The translations under genes were made by a program, and so were the position numbers. Below the pieces are notes generated by a model. The model made no database searches, was not told the DNA's origin, and worked only from the letters and a program-made list of their open reading frames with translations. Shown one piece after another: positions 18,849 through 28,573 of a stretch of 64,000 nucleotides of DNA; within the stretch, counting starts at the first letter, position 1; every line of letters starts with the position of its first letter. Source of the DNA: Candidatus Bathyarchaeia archaeon (GTDB taxonomy: Archaea; Thermoproteota; Bathyarchaeia; Bathyarchaeales; DTEX01); assembly GCA_038897035.1 (NCBI GenBank), contig JAWAXF010000002.1, positions 46,797 to 110,796 on the forward strand. Direction: 5' to 3'.

Positions 18849-19583
18849 ATGAGTTCATCGAAGGTTCTCCCAAGGCGCTTAAGTTTTCCCAAGATATGCG
18901 AAGCACTAGTTGCTTACCTCAATGCTGGCGCGGATAAGGAATATGTAAGCGTGGGTGACGTCGCCGAGAAAACCACGGTCACCCTACATAACATTAGCCG
19001 AAACAATAGTTTTTTTAAGAGCTGGGGCTTCATAGAGGAGAGTGAGAAGGAACAGGGGAAGTATAGGCTGACTAAAGAGGCTGCGGAATTCGCCTACGCC
19101 TATAGAATTGATCCAGATGGTAGCAAAACAAAACTTCTTCTGAGAAACATTCTTTCTAAGGATGAGGTTTTGGTCGAGTTTGTTGAGCGGATAAGGGGCG
19201 AGAGAATTAATAGGGAAGCAGCCCTAATAGATCTACCAAGGATAGTTGGTGATCTGAGGGCTGATAAGGTTGGGTTGAACGCGTTTTTGGACATGGTTGC
19301 ATATTCCTTCGAAATAAATTGGCTCTCTACGCCAGTAAGAGTGGTTAAGTCCCCGAGAAAACTAGTTCCCGCGGAGACTAAAGTGGTTAGACCACTTCTC
19401 AGGAAGACCGAGGGGAGGACTTCGCCAATGCCCGCGATATCTCTGGAGCCTAGAACAAACATAACAATAAACTTAACTATAGCCCCAGAGATCACACCCG
19501 CGATGCTTAAGGAATATATTAAGGCAATGCTAGAGGCATATGAAGAGTATGCAGAGAAGAGAGCGGCCAACAAGGTTGAATAA
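18849..19583 (+). CDS. uncharacterised protein with N-terminal winged helix
   Basis: VSVGDVAEKTTVTLHNISRNNSFFKSWGFIEESEKEQGKYRLTKEA looks like a wHTH. The C-terminal NITINLTIAPEITPAMLKEYIKAMLEAY resembles the strand-helix module found at the N-termini of paralogues A, B and D. Divergent from A/B. Confidence 0.55.
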   Translation: MSSSKVLPRRLSFPKICEALVAYLNAGADKEYVSVGDVAEKTTVTLHNISRNNSFFKSWGFIEESEKEQGKYRLTKEAAEFAYAYRIDPDGSKTKLLLRNILSKDEVLVEFVERIRGERINREAALIDLPRIVGDLRADKVGLNAFLDMVAYSFEINWLSTPVRVVKSPRKLVPAETKVVRPLLRKTEGRTSPMPAISLEPRTNITINLTIAPEITPAMLKEYIKAMLEAYEEYAEKRAANKVE

Positions 19584-19596
19584 GGCATATACCTGG

Positions 19597-20082
19597 TTAC
19601 ATCTTCATTATCCTTGGTAGAACCTCCTCTTTAACCCATCGCTCACCCTTGGGGGTCAGAGCCCATCCAGGCTCTTTTTGAGAGAGCTTAAAAACTAGGC
19701 CCTTTCTAAACATCTCATTTAGTCTCGAAGAGATTTGGACGGACATTCCCGAGTACTTAAGGAGGCGCCTTATCTGCAATGGTCTAAAACATTTATCCCT
19801 AGAAAAGTATAAGAGTAGACCAATCGCCTCGCAATGTGTAATAGAATCCGGGTTCTTTAGGACTAGCACGGGCCCCTCCTCGGTACACTTCACCACATTG
19901 TTGACTGCTTCTTCGGGGCTAATTCTTTTATTCGCTGCGATTTTTCCCGAAATTAGGTTTTCTAGGTCTGTGAAGAAGTTTTCCGGTAGCTTTTCTAGTG
20001 TTTCAAGGAGTTCGCTTGGTGTTGATCCTTCTATTACCACTCTACCGAAGGGCATGTTTATTTCAGCCTGAACTCTGCCCAA
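19597..20082 (-). CDS. uncharacterised two-domain protein with C-terminal winged helix (paralogue D)
   Basis: Same architecture as A and B: GRVVIEGSTPSELLETLEKL, EEGPVLVLK, then LQIRRLLKYSGMSVQISSRLNEMFRKGLVFKLSQKEPGWALTPKG. Lies 66 nt downstream of gatE on the same strand. Confidence 0.55.
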   Translation of the reverse strand: MGRVQAEINMPFGRVVIEGSTPSELLETLEKLPENFFTDLENLISGKIAANKRISPEEAVNNVVKCTEEGPVLVLKNPDSITHCEAIGLLLYFSRDKCFRPLQIRRLLKYSGMSVQISSRLNEMFRKGLVFKLSQKEPGWALTPKGERWVKEEVLPRIMKM

Positions 20083-20148
20083 AGAACATCACTAATATCT
20101 ATTTGGTATACGTGAGCCTTAATAACATTTGTGGCGATTAAATATGGA

Positions 20149-22056
20149 TTATCTGCCCGCAATTTCCTCCAAAATCTTCTCCTTGAGAATTCTGTTGACT
20201 ACTTCAGGCTTAGCTCTACCCCTCAGTTCTCTCATAAGAGTGCCCATTAATGTGCCAAGCGCGCTGAGACCCTTCTCAGCGATGAGATCCTTATTTCTCT
20301 TAATGTGCTCCCTCGCGATCCTGCGGAGATCCTCCTCGGATATCATGGTTAAACCAAGCTCCTTCACAGCATCTATTGGGCTGGCGCCCTCATGCTTAGA
20401 GAGCCACTTTAGTATATCCGGTATAGCCTCTTTAGTCGTCTTCTCTTGGCCTACAAGCCTAAAAGTCTCGATTATCTGCTCTTCAGTTAGCGTGTCGACA
20501 TCGAAACCATCGCGTCTAAGGGCCTTAATGGTCTCTGTTAGGGCCGTTGCTACAACCGTTGGTGCAACCTCCGTCTCCTTAACAATCGTCTCAAAGAGGT
20601 CGTCGTAATCCGTGTCTAGAAGCTGCTTAGCAAGCTTCTCATTTATACCATAATTTTTCATCAACTCCCTAATTTTCTCCTCGGGCGGCTTAGGTAGCTG
20701 TATCCTAATCTTCTCTAGGAGATCTTTAGTCACCTTTGTCGGCGGTATATCGGTCTCCGGGTACATTCTAGCGGCCCCTGGCCTGGGTCTCATATACCTC
20801 GTAGTTCCATCCGGGTTCGCTGCGCGGGTCTCCTCTGGAACCCCCCTAAGAGCCTCCCTCGCCCTCTCTACAACGGCCTCGAGGGCATTCCTCGCGTTCT
20901 CAGCCCTACCCGCAACTAAAACAATAGCGTCCTCCTCCGAAGCGCTCATTCTTCTTCTCAGCTCGTTCTCCTCCTCATCTGTGACACCATAAAGCTTAAG
21001 CTCATCCGTGTGGAGTATTCCGCCAACCCTACCCCAGAACTTAGCCCTATCAGATAATTCCCCCCCAAATCTTAGCCCCGGAATAAGCTCAAAGCCTAAT
21101 AGACCGGCGAACTTAGGCAGCTTCACGGCCATCACGATCTCACCCCTATTTATTGCATTCTTGATCACGCGGCACCTAGTCTCCCTAAATATTGGAGTTG
21201 CATCGACGAACTCCTCCTTAATATCCTCCTCCTTCAGCCCGCGTTTCCTTAACTCATCCCTTATCTTAAGCAGATTAAGCTGACGCTGGGCCTCGTACTC
21301 AACAACCTTTGAGATGATCTCTAGCTCCTGGACGCCTTTTATCTCCACGAGGGCCCCATCCCTGATAGATATGTTTAGATCCTGCCTTATTGTGCCTATC
21401 CCGCGCTTAACCCTCCTGGTTGCCCTAAATGTCTTCCCTATTGCCAGAGCGACTTTCTCAGCCTCCTCCGGGCTGTTTATCACTGGGCCGGTTGCAACCT
21501 CGATGAGTGGTATGCCAAGCCTATCAATCCTATATCTAACTATGAGGCCCTCCTCGCCCATCTTTCTGGCGGCATCCTCCTCTAGGCTTACGTGCTCTAT
21601 TGGAATCTCCTTCCCATCAACTGTTATAGAGCCATTTAACGCTACAACGCACGTCCTCTGGAAGCCAGTTGTGTTTGAGCCGTCTATCACGATCTTGCGC
21701 ATAACGTATATCTCGTCGACGGGCTTGGCCTTCATCATTAGGGCTACCATTAAGGCTATCTCCAGCGCCTCTCTGTTAAGATCATGCGGTGGCTCCTCAT
21801 CCATCTCCACGAAGCAGGATGTTCCTGTGTTAGCCTCATATAGAATTTTCACGCCCTTCTGAAACTCAAAGTAGGCCGCCGGATCCACCTGGCCCAGTTC
21901 GCTCTGAGTCGGCCTAAGTCTCCGCAGAAAGGTTATCTCCGGCTCACACTTGAAAAGCTCGGGGCTACAGCTACAGAACAATTTCTCGCGCGTCGCTAGC
22001 TGCTGGTGGCATTCCAAACCAACCTTAAGCCCAATCTCCCCATAATCAACCTTCAA
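20149..22056 (-). CDS. gatE: Glu-tRNA(Gln) amidotransferase subunit E
   Basis: 635 aa. N-terminal GLKVGLECHQQL, GatB/E core, and a C-terminal YqeY-like tail. Overlaps gatD by 4 nt. Confidence 0.95.
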   Translation of the reverse strand: MKVDYGEIGLKVGLECHQQLATREKLFCSCSPELFKCEPEITFLRRLRPTQSELGQVDPAAYFEFQKGVKILYEANTGTSCFVEMDEEPPHDLNREALEIALMVALMMKAKPVDEIYVMRKIVIDGSNTTGFQRTCVVALNGSITVDGKEIPIEHVSLEEDAARKMGEEGLIVRYRIDRLGIPLIEVATGPVINSPEEAEKVALAIGKTFRATRRVKRGIGTIRQDLNISIRDGALVEIKGVQELEIISKVVEYEAQRQLNLLKIRDELRKRGLKEEDIKEEFVDATPIFRETRCRVIKNAINRGEIVMAVKLPKFAGLLGFELIPGLRFGGELSDRAKFWGRVGGILHTDELKLYGVTDEEENELRRRMSASEEDAIVLVAGRAENARNALEAVVERAREALRGVPEETRAANPDGTTRYMRPRPGAARMYPETDIPPTKVTKDLLEKIRIQLPKPPEEKIRELMKNYGINEKLAKQLLDTDYDDLFETIVKETEVAPTVVATALTETIKALRRDGFDVDTLTEEQIIETFRLVGQEKTTKEAIPDILKWLSKHEGASPIDAVKELGLTMISEEDLRRIAREHIKRNKDLIAEKGLSALGTLMGTLMRELRGRAKPEVVNRILKEKILEEIAGR

Positions 22057-23429
22057 TCGCCGGCAGCCCTCCCCGCATAAGTTTTCGGGAGCTCAACATA
22101 TTCGACAGTTCTTGGAGATATCTCTCCAGCCATATTGGTTAATAGGAGCCTCTTAACCTCTTCTGGATCACTTGTCTGGGCTAGGCACCACATCATCTTC
22201 ACCAGCGCTGTCTCAGCAAGCATATCGCCCAAGGGGACAACCCCCATCGCGAGCAGATCTCTCCCAGTAGAGTAAACGTTCATGTTCACGCGGCCCCATA
22301 TACACTGGGACGTCATCGCCACGATCACGCCACTCTCAATGGCCCTCCTAACCGCCGGGAAGCACTCCCTACGAATATGCCCTAGACCAGTCCCCTCTAA
22401 GATAATGCCCCTATATCCCTTAGAGACATACCAATCGATAACTTCTGGGTTTAGGCCTGGATAATACTTTATCAACGCAGCCCTCTCATCGAAACTTGGC
22501 TTAAGAATAAGCTCTCTGCTGGGGTCTCTTGGGCGATAATTGTCCGTTAACATGATAATCTCATTGCCAATTATTCTGGCTAATGGGCTGGCATTTATTG
22601 TCTTAAAGGCATCCCTCCTACTAGTATGACACTTCCTCACCTTTGTTCCCCTATGCAGGATTATTGAGTCGTCTGATGGGGTCTCATGCATCGCCGCGGA
22701 GACTTCCGCGAAGGGTGCCCTTGAGGCTGCTAATACCGCACCTATCAGGTTTAGAGCAGCATCCGAGCTTGGTCTATCCCCCGACCTCTGTGCGCCGACA
22801 AGAATCACCGGGACCGGTAGGTTCTGGAGGGCGAAGCTTAATGCGGCTGCAGAGTAGCCCATCGTATCCGTTCCATGCGCTATAACGACTCCCTGAACAC
22901 CATTTTTAATTTGCCTTGCAACGGCCTCTGCCATTCCAGACCAGTGCTTCGGGGTCATATCCTCGCTAAAAATGCTAAATAACACCTCCGTCTCTATGAG
23001 GGCTATGTCAGCTAGCTCTGGGACGATGCTGTATAAGTCGCTGGCCGATATAACTGGCCTAACAGCCCCAGTCCTATAATCAACGCGGCTGGCTATAGTT
23101 CCACCAGTGCTCACTATTGTAACCTTAGGTAAGCCCGCCCTCTGCTCGGGCGGCGGCGGGGGGATAAACGCTGGTTTCGCCTCAGAGCCGAGCCGAATAA
23201 CCTTTGTAGAAGGCGTGACTTCAACCCCTACATTGTAGCCAGATCTAATTTTTATCACTATATGCCTGTCGTCGCTATACTCTGACCTCGGAATTAAGAT
23301 TCCCTCTAGAATCAAGTCATCCTTAACTATGCGTATTAGGTCGCCTATCTCCGCACCAGCGTCAAGCAGAGCTTTTAGAGCCAGCCCCCTATACCCTGGC
23401 AACTGTTCGTCCACCCAATCTACCTCCAT
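22053..23429 (-). CDS. gatD: Glu-tRNA(Gln) amidotransferase subunit D
   Basis: Asparaginase-like core (STGGTIASRVDYRTGAV, HGTDTMGYSAAALSF) behind an N-terminal GatD-specific domain. Translationally coupled to gatE. Confidence 0.95.
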   Translation of the reverse strand: MEVDWVDEQLPGYRGLALKALLDAGAEIGDLIRIVKDDLILEGILIPRSEYSDDRHIVIKIRSGYNVGVEVTPSTKVIRLGSEAKPAFIPPPPPEQRAGLPKVTIVSTGGTIASRVDYRTGAVRPVISASDLYSIVPELADIALIETEVLFSIFSEDMTPKHWSGMAEAVARQIKNGVQGVVIAHGTDTMGYSAAALSFALQNLPVPVILVGAQRSGDRPSSDAALNLIGAVLAASRAPFAEVSAAMHETPSDDSIILHRGTKVRKCHTSRRDAFKTINASPLARIIGNEIIMLTDNYRPRDPSRELILKPSFDERAALIKYYPGLNPEVIDWYVSKGYRGIILEGTGLGHIRRECFPAVRRAIESGVIVAMTSQCIWGRVNMNVYSTGRDLLAMGVVPLGDMLAETALVKMMWCLAQTSDPEEVKRLLLTNMAGEISPRTVEYVELPKTYAGRAAGD

Positions 23430-23551
23430 TTATGGTAAATATATTAGGGAGTAGATAAATGAGGAGGATGAGCTGCCATTAATCTACAATAGGTTACCGT
23501 ATACCCAGCTGAAGGGCATCTTTCAATAGGATACCGAAAATAAATTATTAG

Positions 23552-23830
23552 TTATTTCTGAATGATTTTGTATACCTTATCTCCTTCCCTAACTCTCTGG
23601 GCGACCTTTAGGCCAATGCTCTGCCCGCTATAAGCAGTGTTAACGTTTTTGTGCTCTATCTGCATCGACTCAACACTCTGCTCGAGATTTGTGGTTGTTC
23701 CTTTTATGAGGATCCTATCTCCGACAGACAACGTGTCTATTAGGCTGATTACGGCGACTCCTATCTTTGTATAATAGTGGGTTACTCTGCCAACCTCCTT
23801 TAATTCCTTCTCAGACACATACACCACCAA
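23552..23830 (-). CDS. small EF-Tu domain-2-like beta-barrel protein
   Basis: 92 aa. VGDRILIKGTTTNLEQSVESMQIEHKNV...GQSIGLKV...GDKVYK resembles translation-factor domain II. Confidence 0.5.
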   Translation of the reverse strand: MVVYVSEKELKEVGRVTHYYTKIGVAVISLIDTLSVGDRILIKGTTTNLEQSVESMQIEHKNVNTAYSGQSIGLKVAQRVREGDKVYKIIQK

Positions 23831-23897
23831 ATAGAAATTATTAGAACTAAAGTATATTTAAGCCAAATTCAGATTCCCAAACTATAGAAAAAGGGGG

Positions 23898-24320
23898 TTA
23901 TGCGATTACTTCCTTAAGCTCCTCTAAGCTAGCTCCCAGCTCCTTAGCCCTCTTAACAAGCTCTGCGAGATCGGCCTTAATCTTCTTTATCTCCTCATCC
24001 TTAGACAAATAGACCGTGAATGTTTCCAGGGGCTTTATCTCCATCAACTCGACAGTTGCCGAAAGGGGTATAAATTCGCCACGAGGACCACTCTCATAAT
24101 TTATTATTAGCCTCGTAGGCTTATCTGAGGCATTACGCTTATTAACCTCCTTAACAAGCCTCGAAGCGAGATCGACCCAGGCCTTCTTATTAACTTCCCT
24201 AACATCGGCTGGAAGCTCCTTTGTATAGAAGATTGAGTAAAACCACCTCTTAGCCCTAAACAGGGCGCCCCTACTTGTGGGCGTAATTCTAAACCTTTGA
24301 GTGGGCATAACGTTACCCAA
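23898..24320 (-). CDS. hypothetical protein (conserved-archaeal-looking, function unknown)
   Basis: 140-aa ORF with clean coding appearance and a C-terminal charged helix. No motif recognised. Confidence 0.45.
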   Translation of the reverse strand: MGNVMPTQRFRITPTSRGALFRAKRWFYSIFYTKELPADVREVNKKAWVDLASRLVKEVNKRNASDKPTRLIINYESGPRGEFIPLSATVELMEIKPLETFTVYLSKDEEIKKIKADLAELVKRAKELGASLEELKEVIA

Positions 24321-24549
24321 GACAATAATATTTATATATACTGCATATAAACATATCGAGCAAATATTTACTTAAAGCCCAAAATGGGCTCAGCCAAAAT
24401 TAATTATAATTATAGGTGATGGGGACTAAATTGACTACTGTCCCAAAATCCCTATCACGATAGAGGTTGTATCAGAGAGAGGAGAGACCAGTCCCGGAAA
24501 GCAGCTCCTCAATCTAGAGATCATTTGTCCGCAAATCTAATCTTCGATA

Positions 24550-25671
24550 TCATGAGCCCGCCAATAAGTCCTGGAGTTCCTTGAGTATTTCTGACAACTT
24601 TGGTGTATCAAAGAATTTTCTCCCAGTTAACTCGTTTGCCGCAGCCATATACATCTGGCTTATTAGGGTCTTTAGTCTCGGCTTAAGCTTTGGCGGCGGA
24701 ACCTTCACCAGAGTTCTCCAATCTTCTATGCCCTTCTCCCGCGCCATCTTCTTTGCCTCCTCAACCTCCCTAGCCCACCTCGTCCGCCTATAATATATTC
24801 TGGCAACCTCCTTGCTAACATGAAGCCCACTATATGTGAACCTACACTCATCCAATGTGCCAACAACATCGACAACCATTAGCCGTCTCAAAGGATCAAA
24901 TGCTAACTCTATCTTGCCATCCTCATTCACCAAGCCAGCCCCATCGGCTATCTCGGTTATAGTCTCATCAACCTCAAAGAGAATCAACTTAACCTTCTCA
25001 ACCTCCTCATCAGTTAAGCCAGCTATCTCCTTAGCCTCCCTCCAGGTAATGTACCTATCGCCCTCCTCAAGCTTTGTGCTAACATCAAAGATAGGCCTCA
25101 GGAGCCTCTCGCCGGGCTTCGGCATATGATCTAAACCCAAATCCTCCAAGGTTATAAGCCCCTGACTAAGCCTCCTAAAGATCGATGAACCCTCGGGCAA
25201 ACCATTCCTATAGATTATCTCAAGGGGCAGAAGATAATTCTTCAGACCTGGCGTGAAAATACTATAATCATACTTTAGCTTCCCATTTTCCACATAAGCC
25301 CTAGGCCTATAAACGTTCACAAGATTTATCTCCATAATGTTTGAGGGCTCTTCAATCTCATCAAAGCGGAGAACCAGCCCTCTAGAGTCTACTAGACCGC
25401 GGTAGTGGGTTCTCACTCCCTTCTCCTCAAGTCTCTCAAAACAGTATGCTCCCATGAGACATAGGGATGCGCCCTTACCCCCTATGTGATCAGGCATCTC
25501 ACCCCAATCAAAAACCGAGTACCTGTCTGAAAAATGGAATCGGGCTACCCCCATACTATCAACGGTTGGCCTCTTAATGACCTCTAAATCTTTAACACTG
25601 CCCATCCTAGGCACCAACCCCACAGTCATAATGCCTCTGATTCCCACGTTACCTAAAAATAGCTGTCCCAA
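24550..25671 (-). CDS. purC: phosphoribosylaminoimidazole-succinocarboxamide (SAICAR) synthase, long form
   Basis: GSVKDLEV, RFHFSDRYSVFDWGEMPD and GKGASLC motifs. Probable start at MGSVKDLEV (25605). Carries a C-terminal helical extension. Confidence 0.85.
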   Translation of the reverse strand: MGQLFLGNVGIRGIMTVGLVPRMGSVKDLEVIKRPTVDSMGVARFHFSDRYSVFDWGEMPDHIGGKGASLCLMGAYCFERLEEKGVRTHYRGLVDSRGLVLRFDEIEEPSNIMEINLVNVYRPRAYVENGKLKYDYSIFTPGLKNYLLPLEIIYRNGLPEGSSIFRRLSQGLITLEDLGLDHMPKPGERLLRPIFDVSTKLEEGDRYITWREAKEIAGLTDEEVEKVKLILFEVDETITEIADGAGLVNEDGKIELAFDPLRRLMVVDVVGTLDECRFTYSGLHVSKEVARIYYRRTRWAREVEEAKKMAREKGIEDWRTLVKVPPPKLKPRLKTLISQMYMAAANELTGRKFFDTPKLSEILKELQDLLAGS

Positions 25672-25848
25672 AGCCTAAAGAAAAATATAGTGGCTTTTAA
25701 CCCTCCTGTCGTCGAAAAATTTGAATAAAATACACGCATATTCCCAGTAGAAAACTTAATATTGCGTAAGTCTCCATTTTTAACAGTCAATAGAAAAGGA
25801 GTATAAAGTGGAAGTTCCGAGAAGAGTAAGAGGAGTTAGAGAGTACGG

Positions 25849-27759
25849 ATGACAAGCAGATCTTATGAGGGAGCTGTCCAAAAACCGCTGAATATATTGG
25901 TAGATAGGATGGACAGCGAGAACTATAGGAAACTATGCGCCATAAAGGATGCCAGAGTCCATCAATTCATCACCGAAGCAGCAGAGATCTGTAACCCAAA
26001 AGATATATTTATATGCAGCGACAAGCCAGATGAAATAGCATATATTAAGCATATGGCAATCGCAAGTGGTGAGGAGTCTGCTGCCCTAGAGATCCCAGGT
26101 CATATATTTCACTTCGATGGAATATATGACCAAGCGAGGGATAGAGAAGTCACAAAATTCCTTGTCCCGAGGGGCGATAGGCTGAGCCCGGCGATTAGGC
26201 AGATTAATAGGGATGAGGGTTTAAGGGAGATTTTTAGCCTACTTAAGGATTCTATGGTAGGCCGGACCATGATTGTACGCTTCCTAACACTTGGACCACC
26301 AGACTCCGTTTTCACAATACCTTGCATGGAGTGCACAGACTCGTGGTACGTGGCGCATGCAGTAAGTTTACTTTACCGAAAAGGTTACGATACTTTCCTC
26401 AGAATGACGCCCGATACAGAGTTCTTTAAGACCCTCCACTCCTGCGGGAAGGTTGATGAGCGCAGGATAAGCGTTGAGTATGAGAAGAAGCGCATCTACA
26501 TTGACTACACAACGAACACCGTCTATAGCATTAATACGCAGTATGCTGGGAACTCCATCGGCTTTAAGAAGCACGCCCTACGTTTAGCCATTAGGAAGGC
26601 CCATAGGGAGGGTTGGCTAGCCGAGCACTTCATGATAATGGGCGTCCACGGCCCTGGGGGGAGAAAAACATATGTGGCTGGAGCCTTCCCAAGCGGCTGT
26701 GGAAAAACTTCTACGGCGATGCTCCCAGGAGAGACAATACTCGCTGACGATATAGCATATCTACGCAATATTGATGGTGTCTGCCGAGCCGTGAACCCCG
26801 AGGCCGGAATACTCGGGATTCTGAGGGACGTTAACCCGAGGGATCAGCCGCTACTCTACCGGGTTCTCACGAGCCCAAACGAAATTATCTTTACGAACGT
26901 CCTAGTTAAGGATGCGAAGCCCTGGTGGATTGGGATGGGATGCGACCCCCCAAATGAAGGCGTAAACTTCTCCGGAAAGTGGTGGAGGGGAAAGAAGGGG
27001 CCGGATGGCAGGGAGATTCCACCAGCCAGCGATAACGCCCGCTACATAATATCCCTGAAGGCCCTGCCTAACTATGATCCAGAACTGGATAATCCCTTAG
27101 GGGTCGAGTTAAGTGCCATTATTTACGGGGGGCGCGATTATAGGGCTTATGTGCCAATACAGCAGGGATATAGCTGGGAGCATGGCATAATATCTTACGG
27201 AGCGGCCCTAGAGACGGAGACGACATTCGCCATCACAGAACAGGGCAGGTATGAAGTCAATATAATGGCAAACCAGGACTTCATCTCAATACCCCTCGGC
27301 CAATATATCAAGAATTATCTGGAGTTCGGCAAGAGACTAAAGAAGCAGCCGCTGGTCTTCGGAGCAAACTATTTTCTACGCGATCTAAATACTGGTGAAT
27401 TTCTGAATAGCCCCATTGACAAGCATGTCTGGGTAAAGTGGGTGGAGCTCCGCGTGCATGGAGACGTTGGCGCAATACGCGCGCCCACAGGACTAATTCC
27501 TAGGTATGATGATCTAGCAAGACTCTTCAGGCAGGTTCTAAACAAAGAGTACGCCATGGAGGATTACAGGAGACAGTTTACTATCAGGGTTCCTGAGAAT
27601 TTGAGTAAGATTAGGCGTGTGAGGGGGTTCTGGTCGAAGCAGGTTGATGACGCTCCAGAGGAATTATTTAAGATAATGGATGAGCAGGTTAGGCGCCTCA
27701 TTAAGGCTAGGGATCTTTACGGCGATTACATACCGCCGGATAAATTTGAGGAAGAGTAG
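25849..27759 (+). CDS. pckG: phosphoenolpyruvate carboxykinase (GTP)
   Basis: 636 aa with the kinase-1a motif AFPSGCGKTS and overall GTP-PEPCK layout. Confidence 0.95.
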   Translation: MTSRSYEGAVQKPLNILVDRMDSENYRKLCAIKDARVHQFITEAAEICNPKDIFICSDKPDEIAYIKHMAIASGEESAALEIPGHIFHFDGIYDQARDREVTKFLVPRGDRLSPAIRQINRDEGLREIFSLLKDSMVGRTMIVRFLTLGPPDSVFTIPCMECTDSWYVAHAVSLLYRKGYDTFLRMTPDTEFFKTLHSCGKVDERRISVEYEKKRIYIDYTTNTVYSINTQYAGNSIGFKKHALRLAIRKAHREGWLAEHFMIMGVHGPGGRKTYVAGAFPSGCGKTSTAMLPGETILADDIAYLRNIDGVCRAVNPEAGILGILRDVNPRDQPLLYRVLTSPNEIIFTNVLVKDAKPWWIGMGCDPPNEGVNFSGKWWRGKKGPDGREIPPASDNARYIISLKALPNYDPELDNPLGVELSAIIYGGRDYRAYVPIQQGYSWEHGIISYGAALETETTFAITEQGRYEVNIMANQDFISIPLGQYIKNYLEFGKRLKKQPLVFGANYFLRDLNTGEFLNSPIDKHVWVKWVELRVHGDVGAIRAPTGLIPRYDDLARLFRQVLNKEYAMEDYRRQFTIRVPENLSKIRRVRGFWSKQVDDAPEELFKIMDEQVRRLIKARDLYGDYIPPDKFEEE

Positions 27760-27841
27760 GTCCTCAGCGTGATGCTTAAAAACCTAAAACACTTAAATAT
27801 CTGGTGGTAAAGTTTTTAGATAATGTGGTGAGGGTTAAATA

Positions 27842-28108
27842 TTGAGCAAGGTTATTTTTACCCTTCTCCTTAACGATGTTCTAAGTAGGAGTGGGCTTAG
27901 GGTTAAGTTGAGCGAGTTTGAGAAGAATCAACTTTATGGAGAACTCTTGAATCATTTTGGATTGGTCGGCGGGTTAAATGTATGTGAGGCTCTTGAAAGG
28001 GCTTGGCAGGACCCATATGTGAAGGGTAAGATTGAGGATTTCATCCTAGCGTGGCTTGGAAGAAAAGTTAGGAAGGTGAGGGGCGAATATAGAACCGGGA
28101 TAATTTAA
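27842..28108 (+). CDS. hypothetical protein
   Basis: 88-aa ORF with a TTG start and no motif. It marks the left edge of the ORF-poor region. Confidence 0.3.
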   Translation: MSKVIFTLLLNDVLSRSGLRVKLSEFEKNQLYGELLNHFGLVGGLNVCEALERAWQDPYVKGKIEDFILAWLGRKVRKVRGEYRTGII

Positions 28109-28264
28109 GCCCCTTGATCAAAAACCTAGATGCTATATATGAGAATATTCTTAATTCTTATGTAAGGAGAAGAAGCTAAGTTTATATCCGGCTCTTATTG
28201 CTTATTACACTCTAATTACACGGGGTTTAGAGGAAGCCCTAGGAAGGAGCCTCGTGAAGCATAG

Positions 28265-28519
28265 AGACGCATAAATAGAAAGGAAAAGATTGATGACATT
28301 CTTAGTGAGTTTAAGGTCTTGGTCAACAATCTTATTCCAGTAAGTCCCAATCAGGGTTGAGTGGATTTGTAGTGAAATTGAGAGGCTGATTAGGGAGCGC
28401 CCGGACTTAAGGGCGAAGATCGAGGAGTGGTGTAGATCTGATGATGACTCTGGGTTATTGAGCGGCTAATTCAAGCCATTGCCGAGGCGAAGAGATGGAA
28501 ATTGGAGGGGAAGCAATAG
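28265..28519 (+). pseudogene. possible decayed gene: three overlapping short frames encoding helical peptide pieces
   Basis: My translation gives three pieces: 28265-28360 (..KIDDILSEFKVLVNNLIPVSPNQG*), 28344-28469 (..SEIERLIRERPDLRAKIEEWCRSDDDSGLLSG*) and 28448-28519 (..VIERLIQAIAEAKRWKLEGKQ*). Each lacks an ATG and overlaps the next in a different frame. Confidence 0.25.
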
Positions 28520-28573
28520 ACCGTACATGCTTTCCCAAACGCTTTTAATACTTAGGGGCATTAATTCTCTGCG

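Noticed and set aside
24380-24475. Possible C/D-box sRNAs on either strand: GTGATGG...CTGT on the plus strand, ATGATCT...CTGA on the minus strand.
   Set aside because: The boxes are degenerate, the internal D-prime/C-prime boxes are missing and the spacing is only approximately right. This is not supportable by eye.
24478-24510. GAGACCAGTCCCGGAAAGCAGCTCC resembles the conserved SRP RNA helix-8 sequence (..CAGGUCCGGAAGGAAGCAGC..).
   Set aside because: The intergenic space (229 nt) is too short for an archaeal 7S RNA. I could not find the matching 5-prime/3-prime Alu-domain or helix 5/6 pairings, and the match itself is imperfect.
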